From an uncultured Gammaproteobacteria bacterium (GTDB lineage: Bacteria; Pseudomonadota; Gammaproteobacteria; UBA9214), in contig CAVYZN010000008.1 of the NCBI GenBank assembly GCA_963773065.1, positions 1 to 64,000 of the forward strand: a stretch of DNA of 64,000 nucleotides. Reading direction: 5' to 3'. Within the stretch, counting starts at the first letter, position 1. Every line of letters begins with the position of its first letter. Made by a program: the position numbers and the translations under genes. The notes under the pieces were generated by a model, which saw only the letters and a list, made by a program, of their open reading frames with translations, was not told the origin of the DNA and did not search any database. This document shows positions 10,548 to 19,939 of the stretch, in pieces.

Positions 10548-11333
10548 TCAAACGCGGCGCGGCTGGTCGAGCCTGCGACCGACCGACAGCGGGTGCAGCA
10601 GTTGGGACCAAGGGTCGGGCGCATCGGCAACCGCGTAGACCCCGGGATAGACGCTACCGGAGCGCAGGGTGCCGAACAGCCGATCCCAGACCGACAAATT
10701 GGCGCCGAAGTTGCGACACGGATCCGCCGCGTCGTGATGCCGGTGATGCAGCCGCGGGGTGATCAGCAGCCACTCGAGCGCGGACCAGTAGGGCGCCGGT
10801 GCAAGCCTGGTGTGGCGCCACAGGTCGAGACTGGCGGTCATCGATGCCGCGAGCAGGAAACCCTCCAGCGATCCCGACAGATACGCCAGCCACGGATTGA
10901 CCAGCAGGTAGACGAACAGAAAGTGTGCTAACAGCGAGTTGCGCGCGGTGACCCATACGGAAAGGGTCGGCGCGGCGTGATGACAGCGATGCAGCCGCCA
11001 GAGCAGGCCGATGCGATGAAACAGCCGGTGCTGCCAGTAGTACAGGAAATCGACCCCAACCAGGCACAGCAGGAACGCCCCCCAGAAACCGAGGCCCAGT
11101 ACCCCCGCGCCAGCCGGCGCCAGTCGTGGCAGCAGGCTATGGCTGACCAGGTAGCCGATGGCGGGAACCGCCGCGCCCTGCATGGCGAAACCGCTGAGGT
11201 TGATCAACCTATCCGCGCCCGTTCCCTGTCCCCGCGCGGGAACGGTCCGCAGCAGACATTCGCCGAGCGACAGCGCCAGAAACGTCAGAAACGGCAGCGT
11301 CACGATCAGCACGGCCAGGGGTTCGATCAACAT
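10548..11333 (-). CDS. Sterol desaturase / fatty-acid hydroxylase superfamily membrane diiron enzyme
   Basis: Three His boxes (YYWQHRLFH, WRLHRCHH, HHRHH), the NFGANLSVWDRLFGT motif, and TM helices. Confidence 0.85.
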   Translation of the reverse strand: MLIEPLAVLIVTLPFLTFLALSLGECLLRTVPARGQGTGADRLINLSGFAMQGAAVPAIGYLVSHSLLPRLAPAGAGVLGLGFWGAFLLCLVGVDFLYYWQHRLFHRIGLLWRLHRCHHAAPTLSVWVTARNSLLAHFLFVYLLVNPWLAYLSGSLEGFLLAASMTASLDLWRHTRLAPAPYWSALEWLLITPRLHHRHHDAADPCRNFGANLSVWDRLFGTLRSGSVYPGVYAVADAPDPWSQLLHPLSVGRRLDQPRRV

Positions 11334-11564
11334 GCTCAGATCCCCGCGAGTTTTCGGTGGGGATGAAGCCGCGCAGCCATGGCGAGTTGCTCGGAACTGA
11401 TGTTGACTCCAATCAGGTGTTGTGGCGAAAAAAGATCGCGGCGCTCGGCGGGGCACGGTGTCGATCGGTGTATTGAGCAATAAACCATCATCGGTTATCG
11501 TAGCACCCCACCGAGTTCGATTTGGGAGCGCGAACCACGGACTTTTACGTCACGGGAGAATAGC

Positions 11565-12173
11565 ATGTCCCTTTCATTGAGGATACTCGGGTTCGCCGTG
11601 CTGGCAGTGCTGTCGCTGGGCCTGGCGACCCCAGCGTCTGCCCAGGAAGCGCGCAGCCAGGATCACGAACAACTGCGCGCGCTGCTCAAGCTCGGCGCCG
11701 AAGCGATGTCCACCCGACAGCTCGACGCGATTGCGCCCTATCTGCATCCCGAATTCGTGCTGGTGACGGTCGACAACCGCAAGCTCAAAGGCACCGCCGA
11801 GCTCCAGCAGTACTGGAACGAGCTTTTCGACGGCGAGGCGCCCCGGCTTAAGTCGATGGAAGTGCACCCCGAGGCCGATGAATTAACGACCTTCCTCGAC
11901 GAGGACTCCGGGGTTGTCTATGGCACGTCGAAAGACCGCTACACCTTCACTGACGGCGACGTGCGCGAAATGACCTCGCGCTGGAGCGCGATGGTGCAGA
12001 AGGACGGCGGAACCTGGAAGCTGGCGTCGGTGCACATATCCGCCGACCTGCTCGACAACCCGGTGCTCAATGCCGCGAAAAACCTGGGCCAGCGCATGAT
12101 GATGATGGCCGGTGTCATCGGACTGGCGGTGGGGCTGGTGATCGGTTTTCTGCTGCGGCGCCGGCCGAGCTGA
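11565..12173 (+). CDS. Exported NTF2/SnoaL-like (DUF4440-type) protein with C-terminal membrane anchor
   Basis: Signal peptide ending ASA-Q; NTF2-like pattern YLHPEFVLVT...RWSAMVQKDGGTWKLASVH; hydrophobic C-terminal helix followed by RRR. Confidence 0.6.
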   Translation: MSLSLRILGFAVLAVLSLGLATPASAQEARSQDHEQLRALLKLGAEAMSTRQLDAIAPYLHPEFVLVTVDNRKLKGTAELQQYWNELFDGEAPRLKSMEVHPEADELTTFLDEDSGVVYGTSKDRYTFTDGDVREMTSRWSAMVQKDGGTWKLASVHISADLLDNPVLNAAKNLGQRMMMMAGVIGLAVGLVIGFLLRRRPS

Positions 12174-12192
12174 CGCGACGCCCAGGACGGCC

Positions 12193-14319
12193 ATGCGGCA
12201 CGACGGGTACGATCTCGTCCTGCGCGGCGGCCTGGTGTTCGATGGGCGCGGCTCGCCGCCAACGCGCGCCGACGTCGCGTTGCGCGACGGGCGCATAGCC
12301 GGGATCGGTCCCGCATTAACCGGCCCGGCGAGACTCGAGGTCGATGCCCGTGGCCGCTGGATCACCCCCGGCTTCATCGACATCCACACTCATTACGATG
12401 TCGAGCTGGAAGTGGCTCCCGGTCTGCCCGAATCGGTGCGGCACGGGGTGACGTCGGTGGTGATCGGCAATTGCAGCCTGTCGTTGGCGGTGGGCCCGGC
12501 GGATGAGCTTGCCGACGTGTTCCTGCGGGTGGAGACCATGCCGGCGCCATTGGTGCGCCGTTGGCTTAAGCAGGCACATACCTGGCAGTCGCCGGCGGAG
12601 TATCTTGCGCATCTACGCTCGCTGCCGCTCGGCCCCAATGTCGCCGCGCTGGCCGGCCACAGCGCGCTGCGCCTGGCGGTGATGGGACTGCGACGCAGCC
12701 TGCACGAACAGGCAACCGACGACGAGCTGGCGCGCATGCGCAAGCTCGCCGAGCAGGCGCTGGATGCCGGTTGCATCGGCATCTCGGTCGACCTCGTGCA
12801 CTGGCACAAGGTGGCCGGCATTTACGCCGGGCGTTCGGTGCCGTCGCATTATGCCAACGCGCGCGAGGTGCGGATGCTGGCCGACGTCTGCCGTCACCGC
12901 GATGCGGTGTTCCAGGTCACCCCCAATCCGCGCAATCCGCTGACATTTCTGCTGATCCTGTCGCTGGCGGTGGGCCTGTTTCGCCCGCCCCTGCGCGCCA
13001 CGGTACTGTCGGCGCTCGATCTGAACGACCACCCGCAACTGTGGCGGCTGTTCCCGGCGGTGAGTTTCGTTATCAACCGCCTGCTCGGCGGCAACCTGCG
13101 CTTCCAGACGCTGACCGAGCCGTTCGCGATTTACGGCGACGGTCCGATTACCCCACTATTCGAGGAGTTCGACGCCGGCGTCGAACTCAACAACTGCACA
13201 ACGCGCGGGCAACGCCGGGCCTTGTGGGACGACCCGCATTTCCACCGCCGCTTCCGCGACGACTGGCTGCGGCGCGAGCTCCGCACCTTCCACCGCGATC
13301 CCGCGCGGATGCACATCCTGTATGCGCCGGATGCGTCGCTCGCCGGCCGCACCGTCGAGGACATCGCCCGCACGCGGCAGCAGTCTGGCGTCGACGTCCT
13401 GATCGATCTGCTCGCGGCCCACGACACCGACCTGCGCTGGGTCGCCACCGGCGCCAATGAACGCACGCCCGTGCGCGAGCGCCTGGTGTCGCATCCGCAC
13501 ATCTTGCCCGGGTTCACCGATGCAGGCGCGCATGCGCGCAACGTGGCCTTCTTCGACGGCGCGCTGGCGTTGCTGCGGCAGGCGGTGCACCGTGGATTCA
13601 TGTCGCCAGAGCGCGCCATCGAGCGCGTCACCGGCGAACCGGCACGCTGGTTCAACCTCGATGCCGGGTTGCTGCGCGTGGGCGCTGCGGCCGATCTGGT
13701 GGTGCTCGACCCTGTTGCGCTGCGAACGCCCTCGCCGGCGCCTGTCGAGATGCTCGACCCGCTGCTCGACTACGCGCCACGCCTGGTCAAGCGCGGCTCC
13801 GAGGCGGCAATTGTCGCCGTATACGTCGGTGGGACCGAGGTCGTGCGCGCTGGCGAGCCGACCGCGGCGCTCGGCAACCGCCGCACTGGCCGCGTCCTGA
13901 CACCGGTCGTCACGGCGCGGGGCCGCGCCGCGGTGCTGGCGAGATACCGCGACCGGCTCGACGACGCCACCTACGACCATCCGTTCACCGACTATTGGCA
14001 GGTTTTCGTAATCAAGCACCAGGACCGCGCCAACGTGCTGCTGCATTGCCTCGCGGTGCCGATGATGTACGGCGCGCTGCCGCTGGCGTTACTGGTGAGT
14101 TGGTGGTGGTTGCTGCTGGTCCCCGCCTCGCAACTGACCGGTCTTGCAGGCCACCTGCTGTTCGAGCGTTCTCACGTGGACACGCGCGATTTCCTTTTTT
14201 CCTGGCGCGCGTCGCGCTGCCTGTCCCGTATGTTCTCACGCGTACTGACCGGCAGGTACTGGCGCGATGTGGATGCCGTGCGGGACCTCTACCGCCGTTT
14301 CGCCGAGGAACATGCATGA
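12193..14319 (+). CDS. N-acyl-D-amino-acid deacylase-type amidohydrolase fused to a C-terminal Mpo1/DUF962-like membrane domain
   Basis: DLVLRGGLVFDG, PGFIDIHTHYD, HGVTSVVIGNC, DAGAH and ADLVVLDP motifs. Tail FVIKHQDRANVLLHC...AGHLLFER matches the DUF962 His pattern. Confidence 0.75.
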   Translation: MRHDGYDLVLRGGLVFDGRGSPPTRADVALRDGRIAGIGPALTGPARLEVDARGRWITPGFIDIHTHYDVELEVAPGLPESVRHGVTSVVIGNCSLSLAVGPADELADVFLRVETMPAPLVRRWLKQAHTWQSPAEYLAHLRSLPLGPNVAALAGHSALRLAVMGLRRSLHEQATDDELARMRKLAEQALDAGCIGISVDLVHWHKVAGIYAGRSVPSHYANAREVRMLADVCRHRDAVFQVTPNPRNPLTFLLILSLAVGLFRPPLRATVLSALDLNDHPQLWRLFPAVSFVINRLLGGNLRFQTLTEPFAIYGDGPITPLFEEFDAGVELNNCTTRGQRRALWDDPHFHRRFRDDWLRRELRTFHRDPARMHILYAPDASLAGRTVEDIARTRQQSGVDVLIDLLAAHDTDLRWVATGANERTPVRERLVSHPHILPGFTDAGAHARNVAFFDGALALLRQAVHRGFMSPERAIERVTGEPARWFNLDAGLLRVGAAADLVVLDPVALRTPSPAPVEMLDPLLDYAPRLVKRGSEAAIVAVYVGGTEVVRAGEPTAALGNRRTGRVLTPVVTARGRAAVLARYRDRLDDATYDHPFTDYWQVFVIKHQDRANVLLHCLAVPMMYGALPLALLVSWWWLLLVPASQLTGLAGHLLFERSHVDTRDFLFSWRASRCLSRMFSRVLTGRYWRDVDAVRDLYRRFAEEHA

Positions 14320-14975
14320 GTGCCGCATCGACGCGCTCGCTGCTGAAACTCCCGGCCGTCAACCGCGCCAACCTGGTGCATTACATGGTCGGCGGCTATC
14401 TCGTCTTCGACGCCTTGTACCTGGGCAGCGCAACCGTGGCGTTTCGCGCGCCCTGGGTGATCGAGCCTACGGCGATCGATAGCGCGGTGCCGTTTGTCGC
14501 CGGGTCGATCTGGGTTTACCTATCGCAGTTCCTGTTGCTTCCCTGGGCGCTGGCTTCGGCGCGCGACGACGCGGCGCGCAGCCGCGCCTTCTATTCGATG
14601 CTGCTCGCCACCTTGTTATCCGCGCTGGTATTCGCGCTGTTTCCGACTCATGTGCCGCGCCCGCCAGCGCCGTCCGAGGGTCTGCTGGGTCTTGCGTGGC
14701 AGGGCTTGCGCCTGGCCGATACGCCCAATAACGCCTGTCCCTCGCTGCACGTCTCCCTGTCCGCGCTCGCGGGCGCGCTCCTGTGGCAGCGTAAGCGGCG
14801 CCTGATCGCCGTGGCCTGGCCCGCATGTATCACCGCATCGACGTTGACCACCCACCAGCACGTCGCCTGGGACATCGCGGGCGGACTGCTGATTGCCGCG
14901 TTGGCCTGGTTCTTAATCCCGCGGCTCGTTACCTATGACCACGCGCCTCTCGCTGATCGCACCGCAGGCCGTTGA
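14316..14975 (+). CDS. PAP2-superfamily membrane phosphatase/phosphotransferase (Aur1/Ipt1-like)
   Basis: FPTHVPRP, DTPNNACPSLHV and STLTTHQHVAWD motifs; several TM helices; ATGA overlap with the upstream gene. Confidence 0.75.
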   Translation: MSAASTRSLLKLPAVNRANLVHYMVGGYLVFDALYLGSATVAFRAPWVIEPTAIDSAVPFVAGSIWVYLSQFLLLPWALASARDDAARSRAFYSMLLATLLSALVFALFPTHVPRPPAPSEGLLGLAWQGLRLADTPNNACPSLHVSLSALAGALLWQRKRRLIAVAWPACITASTLTTHQHVAWDIAGGLLIAALAWFLIPRLVTYDHAPLADRTAGR

Positions 14976-15675
14976 AGTCGCCGCGCTCGATGCGACCCAG
15001 CGCGAGGCGATGTACGCGCTGTACGCGCGCTACTACGATGCGGTTAGCCGCGAGCGTTTTCTCGCCGACCTCGCCGACAAACACTACACGGTACTGCTGC
15101 ATGACCAGGCCGGCGTCTTACAGGGCTTCTCGACACTGGCCGAGTACCCGCGCGAATTCGACGGCAGGTCCATCGGCGTGCTGTTCTCCGGCGATACGGT
15201 AGTGGACGCGCGGCACTGGGGGCAGCAGGCGCTGACGTTTGCATGGCTGCGCCTGGCCGGCCGCCTCAAGGCACGCGCCCCGGAGCGGCCGCTGTACTGG
15301 TTTTTGATTTCCAAAGGACACCGCACCTATCGTTTCCTCACCGCCTTTGCGCGCGAGTTCTGGCCGGCGTTTGACCGGCCCACGCCGCCGCGGATGCAGG
15401 CACTGATGAATGCACTGGCCCGCGAGCGCTTCGGCGGCGACTTCGACGCGGCGGCCGGCGTGATTCGCTTCGCCGAATCGCGCGGTCATCTGCGCGAGCC
15501 GTTCGCAACGGTGAGCGAGGCGCACCGGCGATTGCCGGAGGTGGCATTTTTCCTCGCGCGCAACCCCGGCTACGCGCGCGGCGACGAGTTGGTGTGCCTG
15601 TGCGAACTGGCGGCGGAGAAGCTGCGGCCGCTGGCGCGGCGTATCTTCTGCGGCGAGGCCGGCCGGTCGGCATGA
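14935..15675 (+). CDS. GNAT-like hypothetical protein of a family often found next to GH3 genes
   Basis: GFST, FSGDTVVDARHWGQ, YWFLISKGHRTYRFL and FFLARNPGYARGDELVC motifs. The GNAT fold is inferred. Confidence 0.5.
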   Translation: MTTRLSLIAPQAVEVAALDATQREAMYALYARYYDAVSRERFLADLADKHYTVLLHDQAGVLQGFSTLAEYPREFDGRSIGVLFSGDTVVDARHWGQQALTFAWLRLAGRLKARAPERPLYWFLISKGHRTYRFLTAFAREFWPAFDRPTPPRMQALMNALARERFGGDFDAAAGVIRFAESRGHLREPFATVSEAHRRLPEVAFFLARNPGYARGDELVCLCELAAEKLRPLARRIFCGEAGRSA

Positions 15676-16709
15676 GCGAGCGGCTGTTCAATCATCCGAC
15701 CGCGGTGGTTGCCGGCTGGTACTGGCTATGCCGCGCATCGCAACTGCGGCGCGGGCGTGTCAAGGCGCTGCGCCTGCTCGGGCGCGAGCTCGCCGTTTAC
15801 CGCGGCGCCGACGGCCAAGTGGTGGCGCTCGACGCTTACTGCGCCCACATGGGGGCGCATCTGGCCGAGGGGCGCGTCGAAGGCAATGCCTTGCGCTGCT
15901 TTTTCCATCGCTGGCGCTACGAGGCCGACGGGCGCTGCAGCGACATCCCCTGCCTGGACGGCGGCGCACCGCCGGCGCGCGCGCGTGTACGCTCCTGGCC
16001 CACCGCCGAGAAGCACGGTCTGATCTGGGTCTGGACCGGCGAACAGGCGCCGCAAGGCGTGGCGGAGCCGCCGGAGCTCGCGGGCAGCGATTACGAATGG
16101 TACGTGGCCAACCGTTTCGAGAAAGGTTGTCACCCCAACGTGGTGCTGATCAATGCCATCGACGAACATCACTTCCGCAGCGTGCATCGTCTGCCGGGCG
16201 AGATTCTGCGGATGGAGCCGCGGGTTAAGAGCGTGGCGAACATCGACTTCCGCAATACCGGCAGCGTTCCGGCGCGGCACTGGTTTGGGCGCTTGATTGG
16301 CCGCTGCTACGCCGGCCCGCTCACTTACACCCTGAGCTACTGGTACGGAAGCATGGGCTTTGTCACCTTCGGCCCCGATTTTCTGCACCTGCATCTGATG
16401 TTCGCGCTGCGCCGGGGCGACGACGGCCGCACGATCGGCCAGGCGGTCACCTTCGCGCGGCGGCGGCGCGGACCGCTCGGCTGGCTGTTCAACCGCCTCC
16501 TGCTGCGGATCACGGCGCTGGCGGCGCGCTATTTCGCGCTCGGAGACACCCGGGTGTTCAACACCATCCGCTTCCGGCTTGCCACCCCGATCCCCGCCGA
16601 CCGTGCGGTGCTCGCATTCATCGAGCATCTCGAACAGCAGCCGCGCGCCGACTGGGGCGATCCGGAACCTGCCCCACCGCGGTTACACGTCGCCCTACGT
16701 GGGGAATGA
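15672..16709 (+). CDS. Rieske non-heme iron oxygenase, alpha subunit
   Basis: Rieske ligands CAHMG...CFFH; mononuclear-Fe motif NAIDEHHFRSVH; ATGA coupling to the upstream gene. Confidence 0.88.
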   Translation: MSERLFNHPTAVVAGWYWLCRASQLRRGRVKALRLLGRELAVYRGADGQVVALDAYCAHMGAHLAEGRVEGNALRCFFHRWRYEADGRCSDIPCLDGGAPPARARVRSWPTAEKHGLIWVWTGEQAPQGVAEPPELAGSDYEWYVANRFEKGCHPNVVLINAIDEHHFRSVHRLPGEILRMEPRVKSVANIDFRNTGSVPARHWFGRLIGRCYAGPLTYTLSYWYGSMGFVTFGPDFLHLHLMFALRRGDDGRTIGQAVTFARRRRGPLGWLFNRLLLRITALAARYFALGDTRVFNTIRFRLATPIPADRAVLAFIEHLEQQPRADWGDPEPAPPRLHVALRGE

Positions 16710-16710
16710 G

Positions 16711-17535
16711 GTGACGCAAAGAACCGCGCTGGTTACCGGTTGCTCGTCGGGCTTCGGCCTTGGCATCGCGTGCGCGCTGCGCGACCGCGGCTGGCAGGTT
16801 CTGGCCGGCGTGCGCGATCCGCAGCGCGCACCGGCTGCGCTGGCGGGTTGCGAGGTGGTGCGGCTGGACGTCGGTGACGCCGCGCAAATCGCGGCAATGG
16901 GCGCTGCGGTCGAGCGTTTGGATTGTCTGATCAACAACGCCGGCTACGCCCTTACCGGGCCGCTGGCGACGCAGGACGCGCGGCAGATGAGGACTCAGTT
17001 CGAGGTCAACCTGCTCGGCCCGGCACTGCTGATCCAGGCGCTGCTTCCGGCACTCGTTCAGGCGCGCGGGCGCGTGATCAATGTCGGATCGATCGCCGGC
17101 GACATAGGGCTGCCGCACAATGCACTGTACAGCGCATCGAAAGCGGCGCTGCACGCCCTGGGCGATGCGCTGCGGCGCGAGCTGGCCGATCACGGGGTGC
17201 AGCTTGCTACTGTAATCCCGGGCGGGTTTCGCACCCGCTTCATGGCCAACATGGTATGGGGCACCCGCGCCGCGGAACCGGGCACGGTCGAGGCGCGCCA
17301 GCTCGAGGGCTACCGGGCATTCCAGCAGCGGGTGGCCTCGCGCCCGGGCCGCGCGCCGGATGCACTGGTGCAGGCGGTTGTGCGGTTGTCCGAGTGCGTG
17401 CGCATGCCGCCGCGCGTGCGTGTCGGCAGCGACGCCCAAATCGCGCACCTGCTGCTGCGGTTGCTCCCCGCCCGTTGGTCCGACGCGCTGCTGACTCGGG
17501 TGTTTCGCAGGCAAATGCAGGCTCGCAGGCAATGA
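16711..17535 (+). CDS. Short-chain dehydrogenase/reductase
   Basis: TGCSSGFG, NNAG and YSASK motifs. Confidence 0.88.
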   Translation: MTQRTALVTGCSSGFGLGIACALRDRGWQVLAGVRDPQRAPAALAGCEVVRLDVGDAAQIAAMGAAVERLDCLINNAGYALTGPLATQDARQMRTQFEVNLLGPALLIQALLPALVQARGRVINVGSIAGDIGLPHNALYSASKAALHALGDALRRELADHGVQLATVIPGGFRTRFMANMVWGTRAAEPGTVEARQLEGYRAFQQRVASRPGRAPDALVQAVVRLSECVRMPPRVRVGSDAQIAHLLLRLLPARWSDALLTRVFRRQMQARRQ

Positions 17536-18404
17536 GCGACCAGTCCGCGATAAGACGTCATGCCGCGCGCTTCGCACGCCCGCCCCATGCCCAGCCGGCG
17601 CCCGACGGAGCGACGCCCCTTTGGGAGGCGGGAGCCTTCAGGCTCGACCGCGTGCCGGCATTCCGCCAGGCCAGCGCCGGCATAAAAGACGCGGTGCTGG
17701 CGGCCTGTGCGCACAACCTGTTGGCCGAGGCGTGGTGCGTCGAACAGCGCGGGATTTCCTACTGCTCGGCGATGGCGCGGCAGGCGGAGTCGAATGAGGA
17801 ACGCGATATGTTCACTCGGATCGGCGCCGACGAAACCCAGCATGCCGCATGGCTCGCGCCCTGGCTGCTCCGGCCGGCGGAGACCGATCCGTTCAACCGC
17901 TTCATCGACGGCCTGCTCGAAGCGGGTACGCCGCAGACGCTGTCGTTCCTGCTGCAGGTGGTGCTCGAAGGCTTCGGTATCACGCACTACCGGTCCCTGG
18001 CGGCCGGCTGCCGCGACGCGGCGCTGGCGCAGACGTTGCGGCGCCTCGTGCTCGACGAAGCGTTGCATCATGCCGGCGGGTTGCTGGTGTTCCAGCCGGA
18101 CCGGCTGACCGCAACCGAGCGCCGCTTCCTTGCCGACGGGGCCCACGCGTTCCTGCAGATGATCCGCGTCGGTCCGCGGGCCGTGGTCGGCGCGCTGGCA
18201 CGGCAGATCGGTGCCTGCGCTATCGGAGAGCTGGCCGGGGTGTTCGCTGCGCTCGACAGCCAGGCGAGCGGCGCCGCCAAGCTGGCGCGGCTGCGCAAGC
18301 TGATGGCGTTGCCCGGGATGACCTGGCTGGTGGAACAGCTCGACGCGGGCGGGGCGTTCGCGCCGTGCACGCCGGCGCAATGCGCCAGGCAGTTCCTGAG
18401 CTAG
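17532..18404 (+). CDS. Ferritin-like diiron protein
   Basis: Four-helix carboxylate/His pattern: EAWCVE...DETQH...LEGFGITHY...DEALHH. Confidence 0.7.
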   Translation: MSDQSAIRRHAARFARPPHAQPAPDGATPLWEAGAFRLDRVPAFRQASAGIKDAVLAACAHNLLAEAWCVEQRGISYCSAMARQAESNEERDMFTRIGADETQHAAWLAPWLLRPAETDPFNRFIDGLLEAGTPQTLSFLLQVVLEGFGITHYRSLAAGCRDAALAQTLRRLVLDEALHHAGGLLVFQPDRLTATERRFLADGAHAFLQMIRVGPRAVVGALARQIGACAIGELAGVFAALDSQASGAAKLARLRKLMALPGMTWLVEQLDAGGAFAPCTPAQCARQFLS

Positions 18405-19939
18405 ACCACGTCTTTCAGGCGGTTGGCGCCGCATCCGAGGTCATCCAGAGCGGCTGACAAACGCGTGGCGCGATCGAACAAGTGCAGGAGTGCGGTGTCT
18501 TTGATGTCACCGGCCGCCATGCCATCAGCGATCAGAAAGTCGTGTACGACCCGGCGCGCATCCGCCAGCACGGTGAGCTGGGGCGCCGCCAGTTGACCCA
18601 GCGCGCGCGCCTCACGGTAGCGGTGCCCGGCCTGCAGTGCCCTATCGAGTCGCTCCGGGAGGCGAGGGTCGCGCCGGTCGGTGACCAGCCGGTAGTAGGG
18701 CGAGGTTGCCGTGACCACCGGCACCAGCAGAGCGTAGGCGTCCGGCGCGAGGAGCGACCGCAGCGCACCGGCGACCTGATCTTCGTGCAGCTTTTCGCCG
18801 ACCAGGTCGCACACCGCATCAACGCGGCCGACAAACTCCAGCAGCGGCGCATCGCGCCAGTGTCCGGTCACGCGAACCCGGTCGCCGAGCCGGTAACGCA
18901 GCAACCCGCCCGCCTGGCTGATCAGCAGGGCGTAGTCACGATCAGGACAGGCTTCGTGCAGCAGGCATAGCTTGCCTTGGGCGTCCGCCAGCTCGATGAA
19001 CACTTCGTCCACCAGGGGTACGCAGCCGCCTGCCTGGACCAGTGGCACCGTCACTGGCGCCTCGGTGGCCAGCAACCCCTTGCCCTGCATCAGCGCTTGC
19101 GGCAGCCGCCGTGCGAGCTGTTGCGCCGGTGCGGCCGCGGCCGCGGCGCTCCAGCAGGATACCAGCCGCAACCGCGGCCACAGTTGCGGCCAGGGGATTG
19201 GCTCGCGATTGAGCAAGCGACGGCGCGTGATTGGCAGGTGCTTGGCCAGGTGTTCACGGTACGCCTCGATGTGGTCGAGCAGCACCAGCAGGTAGGTCGG
19301 GCTCCAGATCGAGATGATTTCGAGGTCGGCGCAGCGCAGCAGCGTTCGCGCCAGGGCATCGCGGAAGCCCAGCGGATCGGCTTGGGCGCCGTGGCGGTCC
19401 GGTCCGACCAGAAACGGTGCGAGCAGCAGCCGCAGGGGGCCGCCAAGGTAATCGGCGTCGTGCCGCGCTTCACCATGAGGGCTCAGGCGCGGCGAAACGC
19501 TGATGAATACCCGGCCCGAGCGGGGACGCAACATCTGCCCCAGGAGGTCGTGCGCCCAGATAGCGAACAGGCTGCGAAACGATTCGAGGAGCGGGTCGTT
19601 GTAGGGGATCAGTTTGTTGACCCCACCGCTGCCGGAGGTCGGCTCGAAGCGACGTATGCGGCCAGGGGCCAGCACGCCATTCCCGCCGGTTCGGGCGCGG
19701 GCGATCCACGGTTCCAAGGCGGCATAGTCGACCGGCGGCAGTTTCGCCCGGAACGCGTCCACATCGTCTTCCGGGCGCAGGCCGAACTGTCGGGCATACT
19801 CGGTCGCGGCCGCAGAGTGAACGAGGCGGGCCAGGGTGCGTCGTTGCGTGGTCTCGCAAGCGCCGAGCGCCGCGGCAAATCGGGCAGCACGCGGCGCGCT
19901 CCATGCGCGCACCAGCGCCGCGCCCAGGACGCCGATCAC
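18401..19939 (-). CDS. GH3-family acyl-adenylate amide synthetase
   Basis: FEPTSGSGGVNKLIPY P-loop, GKGLLATEAPVT, GLLRYRLGDRV and DLVGEKL. GTG start overlaps the upstream stop. Confidence 0.85.
   Translation of the reverse strand: MIGVLGAALVRAWSAPRAARFAAALGACETTQRRTLARLVHSAAATEYARQFGLRPEDDVDAFRAKLPPVDYAALEPWIARARTGGNGVLAPGRIRRFEPTSGSGGVNKLIPYNDPLLESFRSLFAIWAHDLLGQMLRPRSGRVFISVSPRLSPHGEARHDADYLGGPLRLLLAPFLVGPDRHGAQADPLGFRDALARTLLRCADLEIISIWSPTYLLVLLDHIEAYREHLAKHLPITRRRLLNREPIPWPQLWPRLRLVSCWSAAAAAAPAQQLARRLPQALMQGKGLLATEAPVTVPLVQAGGCVPLVDEVFIELADAQGKLCLLHEACPDRDYALLISQAGGLLRYRLGDRVRVTGHWRDAPLLEFVGRVDAVCDLVGEKLHEDQVAGALRSLLAPDAYALLVPVVTATSPYYRLVTDRRDPRLPERLDRALQAGHRYREARALGQLAAPQLTVLADARRVVHDFLIADGMAAGDIKDTALLHLFDRATRLSAALDDLGCGANRLKDVV

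Noticed and set aside
16923-17531. Long N-terminal extensions predicted for the ferritin-like protein (also GH3, PAP2 and the SDR)
   Set aside because: They overlap neighbouring genes; downstream starts coupled to the upstream stop codons fit better.
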